Positions 25,935 to 36,184 of a DNA stretch of 53,393 bases are shown here, one piece after another. Within the stretch, counting starts at the first letter, position 1. Every line of letters starts with the position of its first letter. Origin of the DNA: a virus. Its lineage: Duplodnaviria > Caudoviricetes. The notes under the pieces are model-generated. The model was not told the origin of the DNA. It saw nothing but the letters and a program-made list of their open reading frames with translations, and did not search any database. The DNA is taken from positions 1 to 53,393 of IMG/VR virus record IMGVR_UViG_3300031997_000012; one strand, written 5' to 3'. The position numbers and the translations under genes are program-made.

Positions 25935-26462
25935 CTAAAGAGCTAATCCAATTACAACACCTATCACAACAAATAACTCAGCAATTGCCATTGACTTCCA
26001 CCAAGACTTTTTCTTAGCTTCAATTATTAACTTTTCATTTAGTTGATTTGTTTGGTCTAAAATTTTATCCTTTACCAAATTCTGCTCTTTAAAAAACTCA
26101 GCTCGTTCTCTTTCAAGTTTACTACGAGATTTTTCTATTTCAAGAAGCTGATTAGTTAGTTCTAACTGCCGATTAAGATTTTCATTTTGAGAAATTAGAT
26201 TCGTACTAGATTGCTTTAAAACAGAAACCTGATCTGTAAGATTAGAGCATTGTTCTTCAATAACTGCCAACTTTTGTGTATTAAACAAAAGTAGCTCACT
26301 TTTTTCATAATCAAAAATTATTCCATCATAGGGAGCTACCTTGTCTTTTTCAAGAACATCAGCACTAAACGACTTAGTAACCAAACTTACGAAACAAATT
26401 GGCACGATCAACAAGACTAACAGGAACTTTAATCTTGGCAAGTTCTTCTTCCAATTTTGCAT
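25935..26462 (-). CDS. Exported coiled-coil protein with C-terminal TM (spanin-like)
   Basis: N-terminal hydrophobic signal, APYDGIIF, long coiled coil, KKKSWW plus C-terminal TM; overlaps the upstream gene by 89 nt. Confidence 0.55.
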   Translation of the reverse strand: MQNWKKNLPRLKFLLVLLIVPICFVSLVTKSFSADVLEKDKVAPYDGIIFDYEKSELLLFNTQKLAVIEEQCSNLTDQVSVLKQSSTNLISQNENLNRQLELTNQLLEIEKSRSKLERERAEFFKEQNLVKDKILDQTNQLNEKLIIEAKKKSWWKSMAIAELFVVIGVVIGLAL

Positions 26463-26775
26463 AGTTTTTCTCCAACTCTAAACTTTTCCCAGAAAGTTCT
26501 TTGTTAACTTTCACCAACTCATCATTTTTACGTTTAAGTAAATCTAATTTTTTACTGACTTCTACCGATTTTTTACTCAAAATATCGAGATTAAACTTAA
26601 AATCAGATTCCTGTTTTTTTGCATCTTCTTTTAATTTTATATTAATAGATCTAAGTTCTTGAACTTCTTTCTCAAATTTACTAACGTTGCTACAATCTTT
26701 TAGAAAGAACAAAGCTACAAACACCAGACCAATTACTGCCAAACTCAGAAGTAAATTGTTTTTAGTTAGTTTCAT
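26374..26775 (-). CDS. N-terminally anchored coiled-coil protein (i-spanin-like)
   Basis: Single N-terminal TM followed by Cys and a coiled coil. Confidence 0.55.
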   Translation of the reverse strand: MKLTKNNLLLSLAVIGLVFVALFFLKDCSNVSKFEKEVQELRSINIKLKEDAKKQESDFKFNLDILSKKSVEVSKKLDLLKRKNDELVKVNKELSGKSLELEKNYAKLEEELAKIKVPVSLVDRANLFRKFGY

Positions 26776-26905
26776 GCCAGTATTAAATAAAATTTTTTAA
26801 ATTTAAACTAGAATTCTAAAATAAGCTCCAGGATGAGTTTAAACCTATTTGCTTAAAAAACATATAATTTATTATACATAGCAAAAAACACATCATTTAA
26901 TGCTG

Positions 26906-26939
26906 TTCTATATAGGTTATTTATCATTCTATATAGGTT
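26906..26939. repeat. 13-bp direct repeat TTCTATATAGGTT, 21-bp period
   Basis: Copies at 26906-26918 and 26927-26939 in the intergenic gap after the tail module. Confidence 0.7.
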
Positions 26940-26999
26940 TAACTATGTTATTTTTCAGATTGCCGACCGTTTTTGACATCATCCTTCTTAAATTATCTT

Positions 27000-28247
27000 T
27001 CACAAGGCTATAACAGTTAGATTAGCCCATGACCATGTTATAGGATACAAAGCATAACGTGTAGCCTGAACTTTTATTGTATGTAAACCTGCGGCTAAAG
27101 ACACAACCTCTTGAACTGTATTACACGTAGACCAGTTACCTGCACCTCCCCCCACTGCCAAACCTCCGAAACGCCATTCTCTTTCTATGCCCCCACCCGT
27201 AAATTTCATACGATGTGCATACCCTACAGTATCTGAAGGTTGAGCTGAGCACATGAGCAAAACAGATCTTGGTGATGATAAACTTATTGTAACTTCTAAA
27301 CCTGTATCAGAAAAACCGTTTATAAGTGCATAGCTATCTACTGAAGAAGATCCAAAAGTTCCTACAGACCCATGACAATGCAAAGTTTCTGCATTAGAAG
27401 TCGGTCCATGAGTTAATGTATTTAAATTAGCAGCAGTAACATGGCTATCTATGCCATCTAATGCCTGATTAATTTCTGCACCTGTTGTTGATATAGGGGT
27501 TGCCCCTATTTGCCATAAACCTTCTTTATGATGACCGGCGTTAACTCCAGTTAAATGATGATCTGTTCCAAACAATGTTGACCAAAATTCTAACCTTTGG
27601 ACTCTTGTCGTTGAAGTCCAATTAGGAACTGCTGCAGATGAAGTTCCTGTTGTATCTATAATAGTTAGAAGTCCTGTAGTTCCATTATACTGAATTTCTG
27701 CAATAGCCCAATAACCAGCTGGAGCATTGGGAGCATTAAGTGCATTAAGTGCTGAATATGCTATTACTATATCAAAATAAGCTTTATTTAGCAAAGTATT
27801 TACAGATGCAGTTGCATAAGTATTTGGACTCACTGTATCATCTACAAACCAGCGACTCCCCGCTTCTTTTGGTAAATCAGTCTGCTTTATACAAATTGAT
27901 ACCCAACGAGTGTTTCCTGCTACTGGAGATGCTTCTAATCCCGTTCCACTAAGAGGCCATGTTCCAGAACCACCAGTAAAAATACTAATAGTTTCTGCAG
28001 CATCTACCTGCACTACCTTTTGTGCAAACTGAAGAACACCCGCACTTAAACTAACGGTTTTTGCCGCCCCTGTTACCCTTAGTGTAGTTTGGGTAGAATC
28101 ATCCATTATTCGTCCTTGATTAAGAGGACTCAAACAAAGCCAATTTTCACCAATAAAATTAGCAACATTTGAATGATCAGCAGATTTATTTAAGTCTAAA
28201 AGCTCGACTAATTGTTTGTCTGTCCAATTCGCAACATCAAGCGCCAT
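27000..28247 (-). CDS. Tail fibre / receptor-binding protein candidate
   Basis: Last gene of the baseplate block; Thr/Gly-rich beta-type sequence, HxH motif, C-terminal C1q/BclA-like head (AAGLHTIKVQ). Confidence 0.6.
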   Translation of the reverse strand: MALDVANWTDKQLVELLDLNKSADHSNVANFIGENWLCLSPLNQGRIMDDSTQTTLRVTGAAKTVSLSAGVLQFAQKVVQVDAAETISIFTGGSGTWPLSGTGLEASPVAGNTRWVSICIKQTDLPKEAGSRWFVDDTVSPNTYATASVNTLLNKAYFDIVIAYSALNALNAPNAPAGYWAIAEIQYNGTTGLLTIIDTTGTSSAAVPNWTSTTRVQRLEFWSTLFGTDHHLTGVNAGHHKEGLWQIGATPISTTGAEINQALDGIDSHVTAANLNTLTHGPTSNAETLHCHGSVGTFGSSSVDSYALINGFSDTGLEVTISLSSPRSVLLMCSAQPSDTVGYAHRMKFTGGGIEREWRFGGLAVGGGAGNWSTCNTVQEVVSLAAGLHTIKVQATRYALYPITWSWANLTVIAL

Positions 28248-28264
28248 AATACCTCCTATTAAAA

Positions 28265-28768
28265 TTACTTAATTTCTGTAAATCCTACACCTAAAGATAG
28301 ACCATTCCATGACCAGGTTGTTGGATTTGAATCTATAACTTTATAACTTCCTGCTTGTAAATCAATGTTTGGATAGCATTCCCAAAAAAGTTTATCAACA
28401 ATTACAGCATCCCATATTCCATAAGATGTTCCCTTTAAATCTACTAATTCTAAAGTACCAACTGGATTGACCCCTCCACAATGATATGTTTTAACTGAGT
28501 TAATATGCTTTTCATCTTCTAAAACAAATATCATAGACTTCGTAGGGTTATCCTCGATATGAAGAGTATTTATGTTAGTAAAAATAGGTTTAATTACTTT
28601 TTTCTCTATTTTCTCTACTTTATCTTCTTTTAATTCAACTATTTCCTTAGCAATTTCTGATTCCTTAGCAATTTCTATTTTTAGTTCTGGTTTTTTAAAC
28701 ACAAATTTACCTCTTTCTGGTTCTTTAAAAACTTCTTTTTCTGATTCCTTCCATTTACCCTTCCACAT
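28265..28768 (-). CDS. Hypothetical protein
   Basis: Lys/Glu-rich N-terminus with a small beta domain (TYH...G.YKVIDS.P.TWS.N). Confidence 0.6.
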   Translation of the reverse strand: MWKGKWKESEKEVFKEPERGKFVFKKPELKIEIAKESEIAKEIVELKEDKVEKIEKKVIKPIFTNINTLHIEDNPTKSMIFVLEDEKHINSVKTYHCGGVNPVGTLELVDLKGTSYGIWDAVIVDKLFWECYPNIDLQAGSYKVIDSNPTTWSWNGLSLGVGFTEIK

Positions 28769-28786
28769 TTTAGTTCCTCCTTTTTT

Positions 28787-30460
28787 TTAGACATTAATTA
28801 TACAGATAGTTCCTGCAGCTTTATTTCGATCTATAATTTGTTGAAGTCCTGAATACTGTCCTTGATTAGCAAACACACTGGTATCATAAACGTAACAGTT
28901 ATTTTCATAAATCGGCAATGAATCAATAATATCTCTTTTAGTAGGATCGTATGTTGACCAGGATCCGCAATAATGACCTCTGCAAGTTGCTCCTGCATAA
29001 ATTATGCTTGTACTGGTTGCTACTGGTAAATTAGTATAAGGTGCGGGTGGTGTAACAATCCTAATTCTTATCCAGTACAAGTTAGTCCCTGAATTTGGAA
29101 TATTATCCGTTTTATCATCGTCTAAAACCCAGTCATCCCAATTATTATAAATTGACCAATGTATTGAACCATCTAAAGAAAAAGCTGAAGTTAGATCATT
29201 GGGAGTAAATGCAATCCATGTTGTTCCGTTCCAATATTCAAAAATGAAATCGCCTCCAGCAGTTCCCTTTACTGATAAAATTGATTTAATACCGCTAAAT
29301 TGACAGGTATTCCCGACTAAAAAAGCATCACCTGTTTCTGGTACTGCTGGAAAAATAGAACCTAATCCAACTGAATTTAACGGGGTAAAAACAGATGTGG
29401 CAACATCAAAAGAATAACATTTACTTCCCGCAATTAAAAAATTAGTAGTTCCAGCTTTTACAAACAAACTACTTGGACGATCTTGATAAGGCATATTAAC
29501 ATAAAACTCATACGGCATTAATCCATTTGAATTTTGAGCATCCCAACCTGGTGCCGCAGGATATTCATATTCAGTAATGGTTGTTTTATCTGATTCTAAA
29601 TAATCTTTTGATAGTTGTAATAAAACAGCCTTTGTAGTTCTAGGCAATGTTATTTCTTTCATTATTCTAGCTCGATAAACATCGTCACTTTCATACCCAG
29701 CAAAAAGTAAAATTCTAGGAATTCCAAAATAAGATCCCCAATAATCTAACCAATAATCAGTAGCCGTAAGAAGGCATATTTGCAATATTGCATTATTATA
29801 GTTTTGACTATATCCCCAAAAATCAGTTATTGTTACAGTGTAAACTGTATCGAATTTTCCTGTATATGTACCGATAGATTCCACAATACCATAAGTTCCA
29901 GAATTTGCAGCATCTGCTACTGGATTGCCTACAACTCCCGTAGAAGAAATACAAGCTATAGTCCATTTGTCGCCTATTTTAACATTCCTTCCAGATATAT
30001 CAAAATTTATTTTAATTTTTGCTCCATAAGTCCCTACAGGAACCTCATCTATTCTTAAACCTGTGATAGAATCTATTAAAGAACTATACTGTCTAAACGA
30101 TGAGTAATCAAAAACATTATCAAATGATGAAGCAAGTACTGATCCTGTAACTGTCGGAGATCTCGACGTGTACGAAATTAACCCCGTTGGATATAAATAG
30201 CCTGGACATAATGAATTTCTACATCCCCCCGATTGCCAATTAGAAACATAAGGTTCTGACAAATAACCTAATCCTGGAGCTAATCCCACATATTCATCTG
30301 TATCTTTTTTCCACCTATCACATTCAGTTCCATTATCCCAAGGACAATCTCCCGATATCTCTCTAGAAACACATTGAAGTATAGTATACAATAAACCTAA
30401 AGGCACAGGTTTAAATACTTGTTGTGCCAATCCTTTTACTATCTTCTGAAATAGGTTCAC
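28787..30460 (-). CDS. Baseplate wedge protein (P2 gpI/XkdU-like) with extra domains
   Basis: TATDYWLDYWGSYFGIPR...ESDDVYRARI...T; C-terminal IIDRNKAAG; follows the baseplate J gene. Confidence 0.8.
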   Translation of the reverse strand: MNLFQKIVKGLAQQVFKPVPLGLLYTILQCVSREISGDCPWDNGTECDRWKKDTDEYVGLAPGLGYLSEPYVSNWQSGGCRNSLCPGYLYPTGLISYTSRSPTVTGSVLASSFDNVFDYSSFRQYSSLIDSITGLRIDEVPVGTYGAKIKINFDISGRNVKIGDKWTIACISSTGVVGNPVADAANSGTYGIVESIGTYTGKFDTVYTVTITDFWGYSQNYNNAILQICLLTATDYWLDYWGSYFGIPRILLFAGYESDDVYRARIMKEITLPRTTKAVLLQLSKDYLESDKTTITEYEYPAAPGWDAQNSNGLMPYEFYVNMPYQDRPSSLFVKAGTTNFLIAGSKCYSFDVATSVFTPLNSVGLGSIFPAVPETGDAFLVGNTCQFSGIKSILSVKGTAGGDFIFEYWNGTTWIAFTPNDLTSAFSLDGSIHWSIYNNWDDWVLDDDKTDNIPNSGTNLYWIRIRIVTPPAPYTNLPVATSTSIIYAGATCRGHYCGSWSTYDPTKRDIIDSLPIYENNCYVYDTSVFANQGQYSGLQQIIDRNKAAGTICIINV

Positions 30461-30469
30461 AAAACCCCC

Positions 30470-32209
30470 CTAAACACTAATAGAAGTAGCCGTAACTGTC
30501 GTTTTTAACAAATCTGGTCTAATTACAGATCCACCAGGAACATAAATATCACCTACTCCCGGAACTGCTCCCATGTATAAAGCAGAAATAGTGCAATTTG
30601 CTATTGCTAAATCATAAGTTCCCATTATAAACTGATATAACTCAGCAACATATAAATCTTCGCCCAGTTTTTTAGTATTCAAAAAATCAATAATATTTTG
30701 CTGAACTTTTGAAGATATATCTGTAGCATCATAATTTTCATATACGAATAAAGTGACTGTAATAACCGGTTGCATTTTTGTTGGTGCGGATACTATAACA
30801 CTAATTCCACAAGCTCGGTATAACTCTACTGCACTCTCTACCATCGTTTTTAGCGAAGAACTTAAATCACCACTTCCATCATGACAATATAAATATACAT
30901 ATCCAAAACCAGGAGGAAGACTACACCAATCACCCGTTGGAGTCGTATCAAAAGAATGAGTATCAATATATCTTCGTAACCAAAATCTTAATAAACCATT
31001 TACACTACACATAGTCCAATCAGTAGGTGGAGTGAATGAAAAACACCCACTTTGAGTAAAAACATTAGTTTCATCTACAATACCAGTTAACTCAGTCCAT
31101 GCACCATTCCAATACTGTGTTCCAACTCCAGGATCTACGGATAGTACTCCAGGTGTAATCAAATGAAAATTTATATACGTAAAAATATCCTCTGCTCCAA
31201 TATATAACATATCTCCATTTACATCAGCCGGTGGAAATAAATTAACAGCAGAATCCCCTGGATTTCGCATGCCTAAAGAAATATCAGTGTACTTTGATGT
31301 CCCTGCCTGATACACTAGACATGTTGCACGAATATCATCTATAGCCTTAGCAGAAACTATTTCTGGAATTGTTAGAGCTGCATATTCTAAAGCATTTCTA
31401 GTTGCTCTAGTTAAAGAACCTATGTATTTTGCAAATCGTTCTTTTCTCTCAAAATCTGTTTCCTCTTCTCTACCATCAGAAAAAGCCGCCGGATTAGTAA
31501 CACTAATAATATTTGGTGTATTAGACTTTAGTAAAATAACAGAATCAGCTGCTACATTTCCCCCTATTCCTGCGGCTAAAGCTCTAACAGGAATATCTTT
31601 ATATAAAGCAATCGCTAAAAAATCACCTCCAGCTACAAAAGTAGCACTATTTGTTAAGGCTGCAAAATTAAGAGTATCATTAGGAAGTGTTGTAGTAGTA
31701 ATTGAAGTTACAACAGATTCTCCAAGAGGAGCCTCACTAGTTTTCTTTATAACAGAACCCACTACAATTCCAATAGTTACAAAGTTATCATGTGTTTGTA
31801 AATGAATTGCAGAACCGGAAACATCTACATGAGAAGAAAAAATTGGAATCACATCATCAGCTTGAGTCTCAAATAAAATCGAAGGTTCTGTATCCGTAGA
31901 AATCAGAACCCCCGAAGAAATTGTTACCTCAACTTCAGACCCTGTTTGCCTAGTAAATCTTACATTACCGGTTGACTTTTCTGCTGGATTTCTTGGAAAG
32001 TTGAATGCTCTATAAATTGCCTCTTCAATAGCCTCTTCGACTGCTTTTAAAAGTTGATAATACAACTCTTCCAACTCCAAAGCTACAGATTCTATTAATG
32101 TTCTAATAACTGAACCCACATTAAAATCCGTTACCTTATCTGTAGCAGAAGAGCACCAAGAAATCATTGAAGCTACTATACTGGAAAACTTTTTGGTTTG
32201 AAATGACAT
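30470..32209 (-). CDS. Baseplate J-like wedge protein
   Basis: TDFNVGSVIRTLIE; A...G..GNV....I; V.NP.AF..G...ETD...ERF; YRACGI.V. Confidence 0.9.
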   Translation of the reverse strand: MSFQTKKFSSIVASMISWCSSATDKVTDFNVGSVIRTLIESVALELEELYYQLLKAVEEAIEEAIYRAFNFPRNPAEKSTGNVRFTRQTGSEVEVTISSGVLISTDTEPSILFETQADDVIPIFSSHVDVSGSAIHLQTHDNFVTIGIVVGSVIKKTSEAPLGESVVTSITTTTLPNDTLNFAALTNSATFVAGGDFLAIALYKDIPVRALAAGIGGNVAADSVILLKSNTPNIISVTNPAAFSDGREEETDFERKERFAKYIGSLTRATRNALEYAALTIPEIVSAKAIDDIRATCLVYQAGTSKYTDISLGMRNPGDSAVNLFPPADVNGDMLYIGAEDIFTYINFHLITPGVLSVDPGVGTQYWNGAWTELTGIVDETNVFTQSGCFSFTPPTDWTMCSVNGLLRFWLRRYIDTHSFDTTPTGDWCSLPPGFGYVYLYCHDGSGDLSSSLKTMVESAVELYRACGISVIVSAPTKMQPVITVTLFVYENYDATDISSKVQQNIIDFLNTKKLGEDLYVAELYQFIMGTYDLAIANCTISALYMGAVPGVGDIYVPGGSVIRPDLLKTTVTATSISV

Positions 32210-32218
32210 AGAATCTCC

Positions 32219-33757
32219 TTAAACTACTAGTGAAACTGGAACTGAGCTCGATTGATTAACCGGAATTGCATCAAAACTAAGACCAATCATATCGCCTGAA
32301 ATTTCCATTAAAAAAGATTTAATGGATGCAATCCTTGGATCCAATAAACATGCATCTTTAATATCTACCTTAATCACATCTTGCCAAGTTTTAGAACTTT
32401 TTTTGCCAATATATGCGTATAAATAAGTTCCATATTCAGGATGATATGTGTAAAAACGTTTATTAGTAACTATTCTATTTCCTAATGCCTGAACTAGATT
32501 ATGAATACCAAAAGTTCGTTTTAAATCTAAACCTTGTTCACTACTGGAATCCAATTCTCCGTCTTTAATGTATAAGTCAATACCAAACAATGCTTCATAG
32601 TCTTTTTTTGCGTTAACTACCGTTGATACAGTCATACTTTCAGTTTTAGGAACCATTATAATATCACCAGGTTTTGCTACTTTCCAATTTTTACCGCCAG
32701 AAGTATTTGAAATATTAGAAATTTTCGTTATCTTTCCAGTCAAATCTGAATCTATTCCCACAATAGAACCTACACCTACATTTCCAATTTCTCCTGAAAG
32801 AACAGCTCTAACCGGAACATCAACATATTCCTTACCTATGGATAAAGTAGTAGTTGCAGTAGTTTTAAAATCTATTTGTCTTGTTCCTTGAAATTCAGGA
32901 ACCCAAACTTCTCTTCCAACCGTTATAACAATATCAGGTAAATAGGACAAATTTCTATAAAATCTAACGAATCCGGTAGCTTTTACCTCTTTTTCAAATT
33001 CCTCAGATACAAAAAATGGATATTCTAATTCATTATATAGAGCAATTAATTTCCATTGAGAAGCTTTTCCATAAACATCTAATGCTATTCTTTCCAAATT
33101 ATCATCAGATTTAACTGTTCTACCAACAGCAGCATACAATCTTATAGTATTCTGAACTGAACTTGACTTAACATAGTAATCTATTACAACTGCATCATTA
33201 GGAACAGATGTCAAAAAAACTGTTCTTCCAGAATAAGATTTTAAATAGTTAAGACCTAAACGAGCTATATCAGTAGATAGGTAAACACCAGAAACTCTAG
33301 TTGGTTCTTCTCTTATTAATAAGGAAGTCTGTGGAACGGAAAAAGATTGCATTGAAAATCTTTCTATAGGAAGCTGTGCCGTAGCTGTAAAACTATTATT
33401 AGTATCTGCGACAGAAGCTGGTAAAACACCTAAAGTCGTTCCGCAGTTACTAGCTCCATCAAATAAATCAGGATTTGTAAATCCCTTAAATACTGCACTA
33501 GGAAGTGCTTTAAACCCACACAAAATATTTCTAAATGATCGAACTAGTGCATGAGGAGGATATCTAAATGAACATAGAGTATCTATCATATCACTCATTG
33601 TTATAGTCAAATTTCTAGCATTACTATAAGAATATGGCACAAAAGAAGAAGTTTTATTAGAATACTCTCTAAGAGCATCGATTAAACTTCTAATTTGTAA
33701 AACCACTGATTTTGCAGATATGTTTGATTCTGAAACTGAATCGTAAAAATTCAACAA
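32219..33757 (-). CDS. LysM-containing gp25-like sheath initiator fusion
   Basis: VKSDDNLERIA..VYG....WKLIA.YN LysM; C-terminal G..NL.QAL..RI.T......HPEYG...LLDPRI gp25-like domain. Confidence 0.8.
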   Translation of the reverse strand: MLNFYDSVSESNISAKSVVLQIRSLIDALREYSNKTSSFVPYSYSNARNLTITMSDMIDTLCSFRYPPHALVRSFRNILCGFKALPSAVFKGFTNPDLFDGASNCGTTLGVLPASVADTNNSFTATAQLPIERFSMQSFSVPQTSLLIREEPTRVSGVYLSTDIARLGLNYLKSYSGRTVFLTSVPNDAVVIDYYVKSSSVQNTIRLYAAVGRTVKSDDNLERIALDVYGKASQWKLIALYNELEYPFFVSEEFEKEVKATGFVRFYRNLSYLPDIVITVGREVWVPEFQGTRQIDFKTTATTTLSIGKEYVDVPVRAVLSGEIGNVGVGSIVGIDSDLTGKITKISNISNTSGGKNWKVAKPGDIIMVPKTESMTVSTVVNAKKDYEALFGIDLYIKDGELDSSSEQGLDLKRTFGIHNLVQALGNRIVTNKRFYTYHPEYGTYLYAYIGKKSSKTWQDVIKVDIKDACLLDPRIASIKSFLMEISGDMIGLSFDAIPVNQSSSVPVSLVV

Positions 33758-33766
33758 TGACCTCCA

Positions 33767-34447
33767 TTACATTGGAATGTATTTATATTTTTCGTCGCCC
33801 ATGCTTCTTTCTTCTAACATCATTTGATACTGTTCTTCGGTTTCAGGTTGAATTTCCATAGAGTCTAATTCATACTCTGTTGCTGTTGCAATATCCATAA
33901 CTCTTTCTTCTGGATTTAATAGTGCATTATCCATCTTAATTTGATTCTGATCTAGTACTAAATTTGAACCTTTTGTTCCACACTCTCTAATACAGGTAAT
34001 AGCAATATTAAACTGATAAAGCAAAGATCGTCCAACAGATCTCAGTAATTGAAAATTATTAACAATTATTTCATAAAATTCAGAATCAGCAAAGTTAAAC
34101 AAATACAAAATATGATCTTTTGGATCAATCTTACTATTGGTTGTCCAATCTCTGATTAACGTTCTTAAGTTCAAAAATTGATCATGTCCAGATAATTCTT
34201 CACTACCTACTTTTCTACTTTTAAATCCAGTAATGCCTTTTATGGATATAGTTCTTATGCCCTGACCAAAATAATCTACAAAAGCACCACCTTTAGTTTG
34301 GGTTACAGATATTCTTGTTGGTTCCGTCTGAGAAAATTCTTCCGGATTTATAAACAGCTCTACTTCTTTTCTAGAACCTGCACTAACCTGATCATAAACA
34401 AACATAAAATGTTTACTTAGTGTTTTTTTAAGTTCGACGTAATCCAA
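33767..34447 (-). CDS. Tail tube initiator / baseplate organiser candidate
   Basis: INPEE.SQ..P.R..VTQTKGG..VD.FG.GI..I.I.G.TG...RS....LLY.F.I, tube-fold-like. Confidence 0.65.
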   Translation of the reverse strand: MDYVELKKTLSKHFMFVYDQVSAGSRKEVELFINPEEFSQTEPTRISVTQTKGGAFVDYFGQGIRTISIKGITGFKSRKVGSEELSGHDQFLNLRTLIRDWTTNSKIDPKDHILYLFNFADSEFYEIIVNNFQLLRSVGRSLLYQFNIAITCIRECGTKGSNLVLDQNQIKMDNALLNPEERVMDIATATEYELDSMEIQPETEEQYQMMLEERSMGDEKYKYIPM

Positions 34448-34458
34448 TTAAAATTCTC

Positions 34459-35379
34459 CTAAAAAATAGCATTTTTTGCATGAATAGAACTTTTTATTTT
34501 TCCTTGTGCTGCTCTACTGGCAGAATCTAAAAATCCTGCCGCGTCATTAATTGAAGACTGAGCAGTTAAAACATCATCAAATAAAGCTTCAAGACTAGCA
34601 TCTAAAGCTATTAATGTACTATCAACCAAAGACTGCGCATTATCTAAACTAATAGTAACCGTATCAACTCCTGTTTGAAGAAGTGTAGAAATATCATCTG
34701 GAATTGTTAAAAGTTCTGCAGCCTGAATATTAGCCAGATCACTTGATACCACGGCAATACCTTCTTGAAGTTGTGTCAGTATATAAGCTGGATCACCTGC
34801 TATAACAGCCGAATCATATAACGCTTGTGCAGATACTTCATTCGCCAATGCCGTAATTTCTCCAGCAGCCAGAGAAGCAGAAATAGTAACAAGATTATCA
34901 GTAGAATTTACAGTAGTTAATAAAGATTGCACATTATTAGAAACAGACTGAATAGAATCCATTCCACTAACTAATCTACCGGTAGCACCGGTTGGATCAA
35001 ATCCCGCCACTGCATTATTAAGAACTGTTTGAGCATCTGTCAAAACAGTTGTTACTGAACTTAATGCATCTGTTATAACCGTAGAATTAAATGGAATTGC
35101 TGAAAGAGATTCCATAGCCTTTTTCAATCCTATGTTTTTAAAATCTAAAGCAACACCTGTAACATCCAGTAAATTTTGAAAATTGGAGGCTCCTGTATAA
35201 ATATCCAACAATTTTGGAATAGATAAGATTTTAGCTTTCATTAAAATATTCATAGATACAACATCTTTAGCAAGCGAACTTAAACAAGAAGCTAACGAAG
35301 CTGTTTCTGACTCTAAAGTTTTGACTCTTGCGCTTAATGTTTGTAAATGTGTATTAAGTTCTCCAGTAGAAAGTGCCAT
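34459..35379 (-). CDS. Helical baseplate-associated protein
   Basis: Ala/Ser/Thr/Leu-rich amphipathic helices; start coupled to the spike gene stop. Confidence 0.55.
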   Translation of the reverse strand: MALSTGELNTHLQTLSARVKTLESETASLASCLSSLAKDVVSMNILMKAKILSIPKLLDIYTGASNFQNLLDVTGVALDFKNIGLKKAMESLSAIPFNSTVITDALSSVTTVLTDAQTVLNNAVAGFDPTGATGRLVSGMDSIQSVSNNVQSLLTTVNSTDNLVTISASLAAGEITALANEVSAQALYDSAVIAGDPAYILTQLQEGIAVVSSDLANIQAAELLTIPDDISTLLQTGVDTVTISLDNAQSLVDSTLIALDASLEALFDDVLTAQSSINDAAGFLDSASRAAQGKIKSSIHAKNAIF

Positions 35380-36176
35380 TAACTCCCCGTATGAACAATC
35401 TTTTTTGCTTTATCTGTTAAAATTCCAACAATTGTATTCGTTTCGTCTCCACCTACATCTCTCACAATATCTCCATCAATAGTTTCGGTAAGATTTCCAT
35501 GAATAGTTCTAACAACATTCCCAACAATATGCTCAGTAACATCTCCATCTGGATTTACCATAAGAGTATTTCCTGAAGGATGTGAAATGTAAACGTATGG
35601 AGCAGGATCTGCTTCTTTACTAACAGGATTAAATCTATTAAATGGTCTAAGCTTAGTATCCCAATTTGTGATAGTTGTTAAATCACAATCTTTTCCAATT
35701 TTAATAAATAAACCACTAGGATGACTAATTTCTATCTGTCCATCCTGATCTATTCTAGAATAAACATTTGACTTATGCTTAAACAAATACTGACTTCCAT
35801 CTTTATTACCTGGCTGGTCATCTCTTCCACAAAGCGATTCATTTTCTTCTGGAAATAAAAATCCCAAAACAACTGGTCTTAAAATAGATCCACCTAAAAA
35901 TCCAACAACAGCAAATACATCCCATTCATCTTGCCTTGCGGAGGATGAAGGTAAATCTTTATCAAGCATATTTTTAGCATATTTAGAAATTGGTAAGTTT
36001 GTGATGCCATGGGATGAACTTGCATAAGGAGTCAATACTTGAACGTCTGTCAATTTAGAACCATCCATAAGTAATACATCCACCATATTTGCTTCCGAAT
36101 GAACATCATAAACCTTACCCATTGTAAGGCCACTAAATCTATTAAACTCTGTATAAGTAAGTGCTGTTTGTACCAA
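35379..36176 (-). CDS. Baseplate central spike (gpV/gp5-like)
   Basis: N-terminal OB-fold-like region; HPSG repeats; V.GN/I.GD beta-helix repeats; terminal His. Confidence 0.75.
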   Translation of the reverse strand: MVQTALTYTEFNRFSGLTMGKVYDVHSEANMVDVLLMDGSKLTDVQVLTPYASSSHGITNLPISKYAKNMLDKDLPSSSARQDEWDVFAVVGFLGGSILRPVVLGFLFPEENESLCGRDDQPGNKDGSQYLFKHKSNVYSRIDQDGQIEISHPSGLFIKIGKDCDLTTITNWDTKLRPFNRFNPVSKEADPAPYVYISHPSGNTLMVNPDGDVTEHIVGNVVRTIHGNLTETIDGDIVRDVGGDETNTIVGILTDKAKKIVHTGS

Positions 36177-36184
36177 GGATTATT

